Assembly: GCA_016839805.1 (NCBI GenBank)
Contig: JAEOTO010000037.1
Span: 1-30,871 of the forward strand
Length of the DNA: 30,871 nucleotides
Origin: Candidatus Hermodarchaeota archaeon
GTDB lineage: Archaea > Asgardarchaeota > Hermodarchaeia > Hermodarchaeales > Hermodarchaeaceae
Direction of reading: 5' to 3'
In this document: positions 9,487 through 18,885 of the stretch, piece after piece
How the letters are laid out: each line of letters begins with the position of its first letter
Numbering within the stretch: position 1 is the stretch's first letter
Made by a program: the position numbers and the translations under genes
Notes under the pieces: model-generated
The model's database searches: none
What the model was told of the DNA's origin: nothing
Seen by the model: only the letters and a program-made list of their open reading frames with translations

Positions 9487-10389
9487 TTATTTAGCAAATT
9501 GAGCTAAAATTTCTTCAGATAATTTTTCTGAAGGCTCGTCAAGAGGAACAAGTTTGATATCCTTTAACGAACGAGCCCCGAGTCCTAGCTCAATTGCCCG
9601 GGCAAGTTGAGCTTGTTTGAATATTGAGCCTGCTTCCACTTCTTGTGTGGTCCCATAATGTCGGAGGACGGCAACGCCCACGGCATCTAGCGCAACACGG
9701 TCAGTTGCTGCAAGAACTACATTCGGACTCACCTTCTCACCGACTGCAGGACCGCCATGGACAAAGGCGTCGACACCGTCCATGAGGATGAGTTGTGGTT
9801 CATAGGCGGTATTGATTTCTGCTATCATTTCTCGTTGATGGGGAGAACCATGTAGCTCATTCATGAAATCATATCCATCTTGTGGATTATACCTCGCCAC
9901 CATACCCACGGAATTTTTGAGAGATAAAGTGAAGTGACCGCCAAATTTGTGTGTTTTCAAACAGCAGGTTTGCACTACAACATCTGCGTCCATAAAGAGT
10001 CGTGCCATAAGGAAACCTCGGTCCCAATGAGACCCATCGACATCACAATGAACCCATTCAGCAATATGCAGGTCATTGAGCACTTGAACCTTGAATTTAA
10101 GTTTCTTCGCGAAATCTATGACACTACTTTGTGTCAAGACCTGCTCGGTTTCTCCCATACCACTACGTTCTCCCATGATAATCTCTGATGGTCCAGCTTT
10201 TTGCAATCCACTTACTAATTGTTTTAATGTATCCGAATGAGTTTGCGCAGGAAAGGGGTCCGCGCTGTTATAATTTGCTTTTAATGCTATCTGCTTTCCT
10301 TTGAATTGCTTTAATTTGAACTGCTCAAGTAACTGATCGATTGCCTTGGTCCGGTTAGTACCATTCGCAAGGAAAATTTCTGATGCCAT
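9487..10389 (-). CDS. DUF362 domain-containing protein
   Basis: IALKAN, GERSG, CCLKTH, FTLSLKNSVG, LILMDG and ATDRVALD motifs. Confidence 0.9.
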   Translation of the reverse strand: MASEIFLANGTNRTKAIDQLLEQFKLKQFKGKQIALKANYNSADPFPAQTHSDTLKQLVSGLQKAGPSEIIMGERSGMGETEQVLTQSSVIDFAKKLKFKVQVLNDLHIAEWVHCDVDGSHWDRGFLMARLFMDADVVVQTCCLKTHKFGGHFTLSLKNSVGMVARYNPQDGYDFMNELHGSPHQREMIAEINTAYEPQLILMDGVDAFVHGGPAVGEKVSPNVVLAATDRVALDAVGVAVLRHYGTTQEVEAGSIFKQAQLARAIELGLGARSLKDIKLVPLDEPSEKLSEEILAQFAK

Positions 10390-10499
10390 TCATTACCACC
10401 TTCCGTGATTTACCTCGACATTTCCCACACTTTCCTCTTCAAACAATTAGAAAAGACTTGTGATATCACGTAAGTTCGTACCTGAAGCCTGTTTAATCA

Positions 10500-11324
10500 T
10501 TAAGCTGGAGCTCGACCTAATAATTCTAAGAGGTTTTCCTCGCTGAGCAATCCAATTCGTTTGGCAATCTTATCAACAGCTTTGACTGCAGGGTGATTTT
10601 CAGGTAACTCCAGTAATGATTGACCTTTCAAATTATAGGCCACAATATCATCATCCGCAGGGACAATACCAGCGAGTTCAAGTCCAACATCGTTCAATCT
10701 TCTTTCAAGATCTTCAGCAGATTCATCAATGAGTTTTTGCGGGAACCGATTTGCAATCACCCAGATACGCTTGAAATCGATGTGTACTTCTTTAGAAAGA
10801 TCACGAATCCGGACAGCAGCATCGAAGGCCATCTTCGATGTGTCAATAACAATAATGAGTACATCGACGTTCCGATCAGTTCGGCGACTAAGATGCTCGA
10901 GTCCAGCATCCATGTCAAGGAGTGTCACATCATAGTTAGCTGTAATAGTATCAAGGATTTGAGTGAGTACTCGATTGACGAAACAGTAACAACCCTCACC
11001 TTCAGTGCGACCCATAGCGAGTAAATCAAATTTATCTCCTTCAACTAGCGATTCATAGACTTCACTTTCTAGGCGATCTTGCTTCGAACTTGCAGCGGGA
11101 ATCGTACCAGCATCGATATCCTGCCGTAGTTGTGAAGCAGCGTCCCCAACAGAGGTTTCGATGTCGATGTTAAGCATGGCAGGAAGGTTCATTACCGGGT
11201 CTGCATCCACGACAAGGAGCGCATGTTTTGTATGAGTTAGGAGAGTTCGAAGAAGAAGAGTCGTAATTGTAGTCTTTCCTGTACCACCTTTACCAGAAAT
11301 GGACACGACGAGTTTTTGTCGCAT
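10500..11324 (-). CDS. cooC: CooC/AcsF-type nickel-insertion ATPase (MinD/ParA superfamily)
   Basis: Deviant Walker A SGKGGTGKT, VDADP, GEGCYC metal-binding motif and DMDAGLEHLSRRT. Confidence 0.9.
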   Translation of the reverse strand: MRQKLVVSISGKGGTGKTTITTLLLRTLLTHTKHALLVVDADPVMNLPAMLNIDIETSVGDAASQLRQDIDAGTIPAASSKQDRLESEVYESLVEGDKFDLLAMGRTEGEGCYCFVNRVLTQILDTITANYDVTLLDMDAGLEHLSRRTDRNVDVLIIVIDTSKMAFDAAVRIRDLSKEVHIDFKRIWVIANRFPQKLIDESAEDLERRLNDVGLELAGIVPADDDIVAYNLKGQSLLELPENHPAVKAVDKIAKRIGLLSEENLLELLGRAPA

Positions 11325-11480
11325 GAGTGTGCACCAATCAAAGACAGTTTAAAAAAAGATGAACTTAACCCTTTTGCAACTGTCATCCTTCTAGCTGTAA
11401 CTCAAAAGTCTTAAACCCGTATTTCTATGATAATCCCATAAGTCTCGTTTCAATTGATGTTTTTAAGAAAGGTGTAAGCA

Positions 11481-14396
11481 TTGGAATATGAACCACGGCG
11501 AACTATAAGAATTAACGGGCCTCGACGAAAACTTCTGGCTGGAATCGTTATCATTGTTATTATCGTGGTAGTCATTGCCATTGGTGTATTCGGCATTCAG
11601 AACATGTTCTTGGACTGGAAAATGTTAGATGTCATGTATACAAACAAGGCTGGTGTTTCATGGTGGAGTACCTTTACACTCAATGGGCTGCTATTCTTTA
11701 TTGGAATACCACTGGCTTTCATCATTGCTTTTGCGGGATTACCCTATGAGTCAAAAGTCTTGAATCTAGTTTGGATGAGTGGGCGTGTTGGGAATCGACG
11801 CTATCCGAGCCGCTACCTCGTTGCTGGATACAAAGTCGCGCTTTTCATCGGGTCTTATGTTGTATTAACATTCATTTTCCTCGAGAACATGCGGTTTCTT
11901 GCCCTCTTGTTTCAATCCTCGGCATCAGGAGTGGGGAGCTGGGGGCAAATTCGCGATGCCCTATTATTAATCTTTAATCCAATGGTTCCTTCGAACGTGG
12001 TTGCTGATCTTATTGCCACCATCGAAGTCCAATACACTATTTTCCTCATTTTCATGTCTTTGTTACTACTCGTCATTGGTGTTCGAGTAGCATTAGACCT
12101 TATCCATTACTTTGCCCGAGTCGGTCCTTCAACTGAATATCCTGAAGTCAGAGTCCTCGCATCAGTATCCTTTCTTGTTGTCCTTGGATTACTCTGGTTC
12201 CTACTTACCGTCCCTTACATGCGTATAGATGTAGGAACTCAATTCTATGTACTTCAACTCCTCATCTTATTCATCTTCTTTAGTACCCTTTGTGTCATCT
12301 CCTTTGGACTCACTGTTATCGGACGATATGGGCGTGCTGGACAAGTTCCACGAATGAACCGGAAGGTCATTTCAATTATTGGCATAATTACTGCCATCCT
12401 AATCATCGCCCCAGCGCTCTTTACTGGCTACCTTGTCGCTGGACCCATACAAGGGCAGATGTGGGAGCCTTGGCATTGGGATCCCCTAGTGACTAAAGAA
12501 ATTGAATTCACCAATTGGGCCGGAGGTCCCCAGATCAGTGTGGTTCCCTATCAATCACTTGTTAATGACTCGGGTGTATCCGATGGTCAAGTGTTAGGAC
12601 ATGCCCGGCTCTGGGACTTTACAGCGAGTTCGAATAAAATGCGTAGTCAGACCATCGCAAACTGGATGGCGCTAGCTGATAGTGACATCGTCTATGTGGG
12701 AGGACGTGAGTATTGGATGGCCCCTTATTCGCTAGCACCTCCTAGCCGTGATGATTTCCATAAGGAGTATATCCTCTACACACATGCAGAAGGAGCCACA
12801 GTACTTGATGCCAATAGTGCAACAGGAGAATTTCTTACTCCAGCGCAATTTCAGAGTATCTTCGGTGTTAATGCAAACTTCCCAATCTATTATGGCGAAT
12901 CACCGCCAGGAGGCTTCTATGATGGGTATGAAGGATTCGTCTTGGTCGATACCGCTATTGCACCTGAAACAGGGACCTACAGTTGGGACGGAGAACCAGA
13001 CTACATCCTCACCGGAGCTGAACTAGCACTTAAGAAAATCATTTGGTCCATCGATGATCTAAGCTTCACTTGGCTCTCATTTAGCGAACCCGTCGCGAAG
13101 GTCCTTATGCATCGAAACATCCAAGACCGTGTCCAAGCGATTCTGCTGCCTTACATGTATACCGATCATGATCCGTATCTCGTCTTTGACCGAGTCAATC
13201 GCGAAGCCTATTACTGTGTACCAATCTTTAGCGGATATCCTCTTGCTTTACAATATGCCCAGTCATCATACCTTCGACTGCTAGGATTTGCTATCGTCAA
13301 TTGTGCGGATGGTGAAATCACCTGGGTGCGGAATCCGAACGCCAATCCCGCGCAATTCTTCATCGAATCTCTCTACGAGGACTGGTATCCTTGGATTGAC
13401 CCCGAGCCGTGGCTTTTGGACCAACTTCGCTATCCCGAAGATCTTATTGATGCTCAACTTGACGTGGACTTTTATTATCACGTAACGAATCCTTGGGTTT
13501 GGCGAAGTTATGCGGACTTCTTTGAAAAGCCCCACAGCCAACCTGATGTCCATTACGTCCTTTATCCCTACAATGGCAGTTTACACTGGGTCGGGTATCA
13601 AGCTGCCCGTTATATCCGGCACGAAGCAATGAAGATGGCAGGGTTTTATCTATTCAAAAATGGACCCGAAGTTGGCACCGGGGTCTTTGCACGAGCTGGG
13701 ACCATAGACCCAGATACCCAAACACCCCTAAGCCCGGTCTTCGGTGTTGATGCAGCTGTAGAAAGCTTCGAACAACAAGCCCGATCTGATCTTGTCCTCA
13801 TCCAACCCTACCGCATCGGTAACCGTCTACTCATGCCACTCAGCGGACGTCTCGTCTACCTCTTCCCCGTCTATGCAGAACAACCAGGTGAATCACTCGT
13901 CGAAACACTCACATTTGTCGGCATGGTAGATGCTGAAGACATCAACCAAGTCGCTTACGCGCCAACCGCCGCAGAAGCATATGCTCAGTTCTTCTTTGGA
14001 TACAACCAAACTGTTACTGGTGTAGATTTCATTGAAACAGGGTTGAACCCCTTCGATATTGATGTCGGTGAGTTTGCAGAAATAAGCTACCTACTTAAGA
14101 ACGGTAACGCTACTGCCAGTGATGTCACTATCCAACTCGCAAGCCAAACTCCAAACTTCGATATCTTCTACCACAGTTCAAATGTGACACCAATCTTTGA
14201 AAATGGATTCTACCTATACAACATCAGCCAGCTCCTCATGTATCCTCAGGATGTAAGCGGAGGTACTATTACCCTTCTTGCCAAGGATCTTCCACCTGGA
14301 ATACTTCTCGTGACCTATATCATCGAACTCCGAATCCTCGTCAACGACGTCCACACCCAAACTGAATACTTCTACCTCACTGTACGATCCGCCTAA
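11481..14396 (+). CDS. UPF0182 family membrane protein
   Basis: Multi-TM N-terminal third, then KEIEFT, ARLWD, ILYTH, RNIQDRV...DHDPYLV, QLRYPEDL and RIGNRLLMP motifs. TTG start with AAGGTG upstream. Confidence 0.85.
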   Translation: MEYEPRRTIRINGPRRKLLAGIVIIVIIVVVIAIGVFGIQNMFLDWKMLDVMYTNKAGVSWWSTFTLNGLLFFIGIPLAFIIAFAGLPYESKVLNLVWMSGRVGNRRYPSRYLVAGYKVALFIGSYVVLTFIFLENMRFLALLFQSSASGVGSWGQIRDALLLIFNPMVPSNVVADLIATIEVQYTIFLIFMSLLLLVIGVRVALDLIHYFARVGPSTEYPEVRVLASVSFLVVLGLLWFLLTVPYMRIDVGTQFYVLQLLILFIFFSTLCVISFGLTVIGRYGRAGQVPRMNRKVISIIGIITAILIIAPALFTGYLVAGPIQGQMWEPWHWDPLVTKEIEFTNWAGGPQISVVPYQSLVNDSGVSDGQVLGHARLWDFTASSNKMRSQTIANWMALADSDIVYVGGREYWMAPYSLAPPSRDDFHKEYILYTHAEGATVLDANSATGEFLTPAQFQSIFGVNANFPIYYGESPPGGFYDGYEGFVLVDTAIAPETGTYSWDGEPDYILTGAELALKKIIWSIDDLSFTWLSFSEPVAKVLMHRNIQDRVQAILLPYMYTDHDPYLVFDRVNREAYYCVPIFSGYPLALQYAQSSYLRLLGFAIVNCADGEITWVRNPNANPAQFFIESLYEDWYPWIDPEPWLLDQLRYPEDLIDAQLDVDFYYHVTNPWVWRSYADFFEKPHSQPDVHYVLYPYNGSLHWVGYQAARYIRHEAMKMAGFYLFKNGPEVGTGVFARAGTIDPDTQTPLSPVFGVDAAVESFEQQARSDLVLIQPYRIGNRLLMPLSGRLVYLFPVYAEQPGESLVETLTFVGMVDAEDINQVAYAPTAAEAYAQFFFGYNQTVTGVDFIETGLNPFDIDVGEFAEISYLLKNGNATASDVTIQLASQTPNFDIFYHSSNVTPIFENGFYLYNISQLLMYPQDVSGGTITLLAKDLPPGILLVTYIIELRILVNDVHTQTEYFYLTVRSA

Positions 14397-14516
14397 CTGG
14401 CTCCAGAAAAATCAGGAACTCATCATCAAAATTGATTAATCCAGCTAATTTCGAAAAGATAAAATATTAGCTGTGTTTGGGCATAAATAACAAAATCTAC
14501 TACCTTCTTAAACGAA

Positions 14517-15359
14517 ATGACATCAATCCCTCTGGATGATGCTGGTCTCAAATTAGAGTTACTAGCGGAACGACGACGACCTGAACCCCAACTCTTGAAA
14601 GGATTCTCAGTCTATTATCTCACAAAAAATACCATTGCCAGCCTATTATTAAAAAAAGATTCGTCATTAATCCAGCTCCGGCAAGGATTATTTGCAAAAA
14701 CTCGTACCAAAAATTCAACAACACCAGTATCATTTGTAACTATTTCTGGAGTGTTGCCACTCGTTCCGCGGCGAAACACAACTAAACTTCATGAAATAGA
14801 ACAACAAGAGCCAAAACGGATGCGTCGACGGTTTGTGCTCATCATCCATACTCCATTTAAAACAGAACTACAACGCAAACATTTCTCCAGATCCATCGAA
14901 CGGACACCAATTATTAAAATACGTCCAGGACTGCTCCTAGCTCCGCAAATCTCAAGCTCACACTATCGAACATATGAACAAATCCTCCGACGACCAAGTA
15001 AATTCATCGCCAAGCTCACTGAATTGGGGTCACCAGTTTGGTATGTGCCTCGAGTTGAGCTCTTTCACCCCAGGGCTTCTGAGATAATAGTCAATCTCGT
15101 TCAAGGAACTTTTAAACAACGTGTTCGTCGTATTATACGCACATGCGTTAAACTTTACAGAGAGTTGAAGGAACTCTCTGAGATGAAGAAACCCCTTATT
15201 CATTACCAGAACAGACTAACTGGGATTAAAAAGCGTCTTCGGTATCTTCGATGGCAATCGCGGTTTTTCAAGCGTGAATTCGGAATCGAGCTGCATACCA
15301 TCGTGAATAAGGCAATATCCGCATTTAACCGTGTTCACAAGCAATTGAAAATAACGTGA
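14517..15359 (+). CDS. Very basic hypothetical protein, possibly with a PaaX/ChrB-N-like ferredoxin-fold domain and a C-terminal helical region
   Basis: 280-aa R/K-rich ORF. RFVLIIHTPF...QRKHFSRSIERTPIIKIRPGLLLAP resembles PaaX-middle/ChrB-N patterns by eye only. Confidence 0.65.
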   Translation: MTSIPLDDAGLKLELLAERRRPEPQLLKGFSVYYLTKNTIASLLLKKDSSLIQLRQGLFAKTRTKNSTTPVSFVTISGVLPLVPRRNTTKLHEIEQQEPKRMRRRFVLIIHTPFKTELQRKHFSRSIERTPIIKIRPGLLLAPQISSSHYRTYEQILRRPSKFIAKLTELGSPVWYVPRVELFHPRASEIIVNLVQGTFKQRVRRIIRTCVKLYRELKELSEMKKPLIHYQNRLTGIKKRLRYLRWQSRFFKREFGIELHTIVNKAISAFNRVHKQLKIT

Positions 15360-15567
15360 CGTTTAATAACGTCGAAATTAGGCGTTATTTCAACGAAAAT
15401 AACTCAGTTTAGCCTTTTTTTTCACAAGAAATGTGTATCTCTGCCGATTCTAATGAAAGGGGCTATATTTTGTTGTTAATAGGCATTTAGAGCCAAATTT
15501 TGGATATTTTTTTAATGAATAATTTTGAATTGGAACTTGTTCCTGGGCTAGTTTAACGGTGATTTCT

Positions 15568-15642
15568 ATGGCGAAGAAAAAGTCAGGAAAGAAGACTAAG
15601 AGCAAATCAAAGACCAGTAAAGAGAAGAAAAGCAAGAAGTAG
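15568..15642 (+). CDS. 24-aa Lys/Ser-rich basic microprotein MAKKKSGKKTKSKSKTSKEKKSKK
   Basis: Manual translation. SD GGTGAT just upstream of ATG 15568, AT-rich upstream region, 13 Lys encoded with mixed AAA/AAG codons. Confidence 0.65.
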   Translation: MAKKKSGKKTKSKSKTSKEKKSKK

Positions 15643-15783
15643 CATTTGCTGATCATTACGATGTCTCTCCTTCATCAGCCTCTATATCTTAGATCCAGAA
15701 GAGTTCACAAGTTAGCTGGATGGAGTATAGATTGGTTTTAGGTACGTTGAATATTCACCCAGTAGATTAGGAGTTGAAAAGGT

Positions 15784-15867
15784 TTGATTGACTACAGACA
15801 ACCACCTGAAGACGAAGACGAAGAAGAAGAATGGGAAGAAGATTCTGGGGACGAGGATGACTGGTAA
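15784..15867 (+). CDS. 27-aa acidic microprotein MIDYRQPPEDEDEEEEWEEDSGDEDDW
   Basis: Manual translation. TTG start with GGAGTTGA (SD-like) 6 nt upstream, 16 D/E residues, and a T-rich tract downstream. Confidence 0.6.
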   Translation: MIDYRQPPEDEDEEEEWEEDSGDEDDW

Positions 15868-15897
15868 TCGCCTTCTCGTTCTTCTATTTTTTTGAAA

Positions 15898-16377
15898 TTA
15901 TTCAGCACCTAGCCAATCTGGTGCAAAAAATAATCCACCCGGAGCTGTTTTTTCATGTGGATATTGTGAGCTGAATTTTGATTGGCTATCTAAGACCTTC
16001 AGAAACTGGTCTAAAGTGCGTTCATTCAACCGAATTGTTACAGCTTTATTTTTGAGCTCATATCGAGAGTCATCTGCGACGTCTTGTTCCATCCGAATCA
16101 CTAGCCAAATTAACCACTCTAACTGGGCCTTGTGCTCCTGCGCATATCGCACTACATCAATATCCTCAGGCGGGTTACACAGAAATTTTCGTGTACTCTT
16201 CCCATAGGTCTTGAAATCAGCTCGCATAGATTCCAACGCTTCATACATGGTTTTCAACGCGGACTCGGATCCCATTACTAACACTTCAGGTTGCCACTCG
16301 TCCTTAGGCTCATAGCGGATCCGCCATATGAAAAACTCTAGATCTGTAAACACCTTTTGTGGCGAAGGAGTTGACAC
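15898..16377 (-). CDS. Hypothetical protein (159 aa)
   Basis: ORF with GTG start and GGAGGA SD upstream; globular composition; no family recognised. Confidence 0.75.
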   Translation of the reverse strand: MSTPSPQKVFTDLEFFIWRIRYEPKDEWQPEVLVMGSESALKTMYEALESMRADFKTYGKSTRKFLCNPPEDIDVVRYAQEHKAQLEWLIWLVIRMEQDVADDSRYELKNKAVTIRLNERTLDQFLKVLDSQSKFSSQYPHEKTAPGGLFFAPDWLGAE

Positions 16378-16502
16378 CTGTTGTTCCTCCGAACTGCTGA
16401 GTTCATGTACTTTCTGCTGCCAAACTAATCGTCTACTCTTAAATAACAGTTACTTGGTGAGGATGATTGAATTGCTTTCAACTCTCGTAGAGGTTTAAAG
16501 AG

Positions 16503-17378
16503 ATGATAAGTGAACGTACATTTGATACGGGCACAGTTGTACTAAATTATGCTGAAGGACCGCCTTCAGGTCCACCTCTTGTAATGCTACATGCAGTAAC
16601 AGGTCGGTGGCAAAGCTTTCTCTCCCTCATTCCTACTCTTACCACTCGATACCAAATCTTTGCCTTGGATCATCGTGGGCATGGAAAATCAGGGCATGTT
16701 CCTGGACATTATCTGGTCAAAGACTATGCCGCTGATCTTGTCGCTTTCCTGAAAGGTGTAGTTAAGGAACCAGCAATCCTCTTTGGCCATTCACTGGGAG
16801 CGAATACGGCTATTATAGCAGCAGCCCAAGTTCCAGAATTAGTAATCGCCTTAATCGACGCTGATGCAGGAATTTATACAGAAAGTAGAATCGGTGGGGT
16901 CATCAACATCTTTGTTAAAATCAAAGAGATTACTCAAAACAAGGGCGAAAGTGTATCAAAATTGGCAAGAAATTTAGCTAAGATCCAAATCTCCCGATCA
17001 GGACAAGATGTACCAATCTGTTTAGGCGATACCATGGATTCGATTTCGCTCCTACAAACAGCAAAGAACCTTAGCATGCTTGATCCTGAAATCTTCACGC
17101 CTTATTTCGAAGATGGAGGCGCAGATGCAGCACGCCAAAAACTAATGACGGGTTATGACCCTCCAACAATTTTACCGAAGATTACCTGCCCATTCTTACT
17201 TATTCGAGCGGATCCTGCAAAAGGCGGGGTATCAGATGAAGAGGTTGACCGAGCTCTTGAATTCATCCCGCAGCTAGTCAATGTGACCATCAAAGATGTG
17301 AATCACGAACTGGGCATGGATAGATGGGATGTAGCTCGTCTTCTTCGTGCCATTATGGAATTCCTCGAGTCTATATAA
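16503..17378 (+). CDS. Alpha/beta hydrolase
   Basis: GPPLVMLH, ALDHRGHGKS, nucleophile elbow GHSLG, ITCPFLLI and a C-terminal His (VNHEL). Confidence 0.92.
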   Translation: MISERTFDTGTVVLNYAEGPPSGPPLVMLHAVTGRWQSFLSLIPTLTTRYQIFALDHRGHGKSGHVPGHYLVKDYAADLVAFLKGVVKEPAILFGHSLGANTAIIAAAQVPELVIALIDADAGIYTESRIGGVINIFVKIKEITQNKGESVSKLARNLAKIQISRSGQDVPICLGDTMDSISLLQTAKNLSMLDPEIFTPYFEDGGADAARQKLMTGYDPPTILPKITCPFLLIRADPAKGGVSDEEVDRALEFIPQLVNVTIKDVNHELGMDRWDVARLLRAIMEFLESI

Positions 17379-17408
17379 ACTGAATTTCTTTCCGTTTATA
17401 GTCAAAAC

Positions 17409-18269
17409 CTAAGATGTGAGAAGGGCGTCTGAGTCTAATCCTTTTGGTGTTTTAAACTGCACTTTCACCGACTCAAGTGGTTCCCCTAGAATTACAGGAT
17501 TCAAGGAACCCTGATCAATTTTAATAACTTCAACCACATGTCGGATTTTTTCGGGCTTGAAGCCCATCACTCTTAACATTGTCGCATCTACTGAAGCGGG
17601 TTTATGACCGATAATGAAGGTGTTAAGCTGTCGAGTTTTCGGACCATTCCATCCTTCAATTCCTACACGCGCATCAACAATACACAGATTAGGTGGAACA
17701 AGGCTAACTAAATCCACGATGACTTCATTAATGTAAGAATGATAGAAGCTTTGATCTTTGCGGGGAAGAAATCCAAAGAGGTTCTTCAATACGCCTGTGA
17801 TAAAGGTAAGATAATGTGTTTTCGCCACGGCCACGGAGACCACATAACCGGGGTTTAAGAGTGCATCCGGGAGTTCTGGGTCTGTGAAATATTTCCCCTC
17901 AAAAGGGATTTGTACTGTGTCACATTCACTTAGGTTGATGCATGACACATCATAATTCTGTTTCTGTAATTTGTTAGCTAGTTTTGTGTACCCAAATTTA
18001 TCGAAGGCTTCGTTGGCCCATTTACTCTGACTATCAGATTCAACAATCTTGATGGATAGGTTAGCGTCTTCGTTAAGAAGGAGTGTAATCAGCGCCTTGA
18101 TTGTCAATACATCTGTTACAGAAAATCCAGTATTATCAGAGATTGTGCATATATTAGGTTTGATAATCACAGGCGATTGAAGGCGCCCAAATCCTCCGAT
18201 TAATTGCAGCCCTTCACGCAACGTGGTCTCCATTTCCTGAGTAACTTTCACCACAGCAACAGAATCCAT
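17409..18269 (-). CDS. DUF362 domain-containing protein
   Basis: VIIKPN, IVESD, AKTH, TGVLKNLFG, CIVDAR and PASVDA motifs. Confidence 0.9.
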   Translation of the reverse strand: MDSVAVVKVTQEMETTLREGLQLIGGFGRLQSPVIIKPNICTISDNTGFSVTDVLTIKALITLLLNEDANLSIKIVESDSQSKWANEAFDKFGYTKLANKLQKQNYDVSCINLSECDTVQIPFEGKYFTDPELPDALLNPGYVVSVAVAKTHYLTFITGVLKNLFGFLPRKDQSFYHSYINEVIVDLVSLVPPNLCIVDARVGIEGWNGPKTRQLNTFIIGHKPASVDATMLRVMGFKPEKIRHVVEVIKIDQGSLNPVILGEPLESVKVQFKTPKGLDSDALLTS

Positions 18270-18293
18270 GACTAATCAAGATCCTTAACACTC

Positions 18294-18746
18294 TTAATGA
18301 TTAGGGAAGTGGTGCGTTCTGAATTGCACTGAGAATATCCCTAAAACAAAAGTGACAAGGAAATCTCCCACAAAAGCCATTAACAACGTGATAATCGCTG
18401 CGACAATAGCTACCATGAAGGCTTGTCCAGTATCTACTTTGAAGAACTTCTTCACCAGAGGGATATACACAAGAAACGCAGCGAAGGCGGCGCTTAATGC
18501 CCAAAGGATATCGTAAATCATGTGTAATGAGATGATGTAGCTGAATAATACTAAGAGAAATAAGACTCCCCATTGAGCGATGGCACTCACGATAGTTCCA
18601 ATGATTGCGACAATGAAGGCATTCTTGGGTGTGACAGTGAGGTCCTTCATCATACTGCCCATAATCCATAGGATGACTGCAACCAAAACGACGGTTGGAA
18701 GGTACATGATGGTGAACAGAAGCGCATAATAGACAATCGTTGACAA
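18294..18746 (-). CDS. Small 4-TM membrane protein
   Basis: Four hydrophobic segments with an internal repeat (KNAFIVAII / GQAFMVAIV). TTG start with GGAGGT SD. Confidence 0.75.
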   Translation of the reverse strand: MSTIVYYALLFTIMYLPTVVLVAVILWIMGSMMKDLTVTPKNAFIVAIIGTIVSAIAQWGVLFLLVLFSYIISLHMIYDILWALSAAFAAFLVYIPLVKKFFKVDTGQAFMVAIVAAIITLLMAFVGDFLVTFVLGIFSVQFRTHHFPNH

Positions 18747-18885
18747 TCAAATTACCTCCAAAGAAAATTGTCAATTCTTCATTTATTGTAGGGTAGAATC
18801 ACTTTAAACTATCGACAGTCGAAACTTTTAACAACTCACAAGAATAGGATACTACCCACAATGTGCGACGTTGGTGGAGAACACA

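Noticed and set aside
15450-15656. 68-aa hydrophobic minus-strand ORF
   Set aside because: Antisense shadow of the Lys-codon-rich microprotein, which has the better SD.
15661-15741. 26-aa ORF MSLLHQPLYL... between the two microproteins
   Set aside because: No SD and no compositional or family signal.
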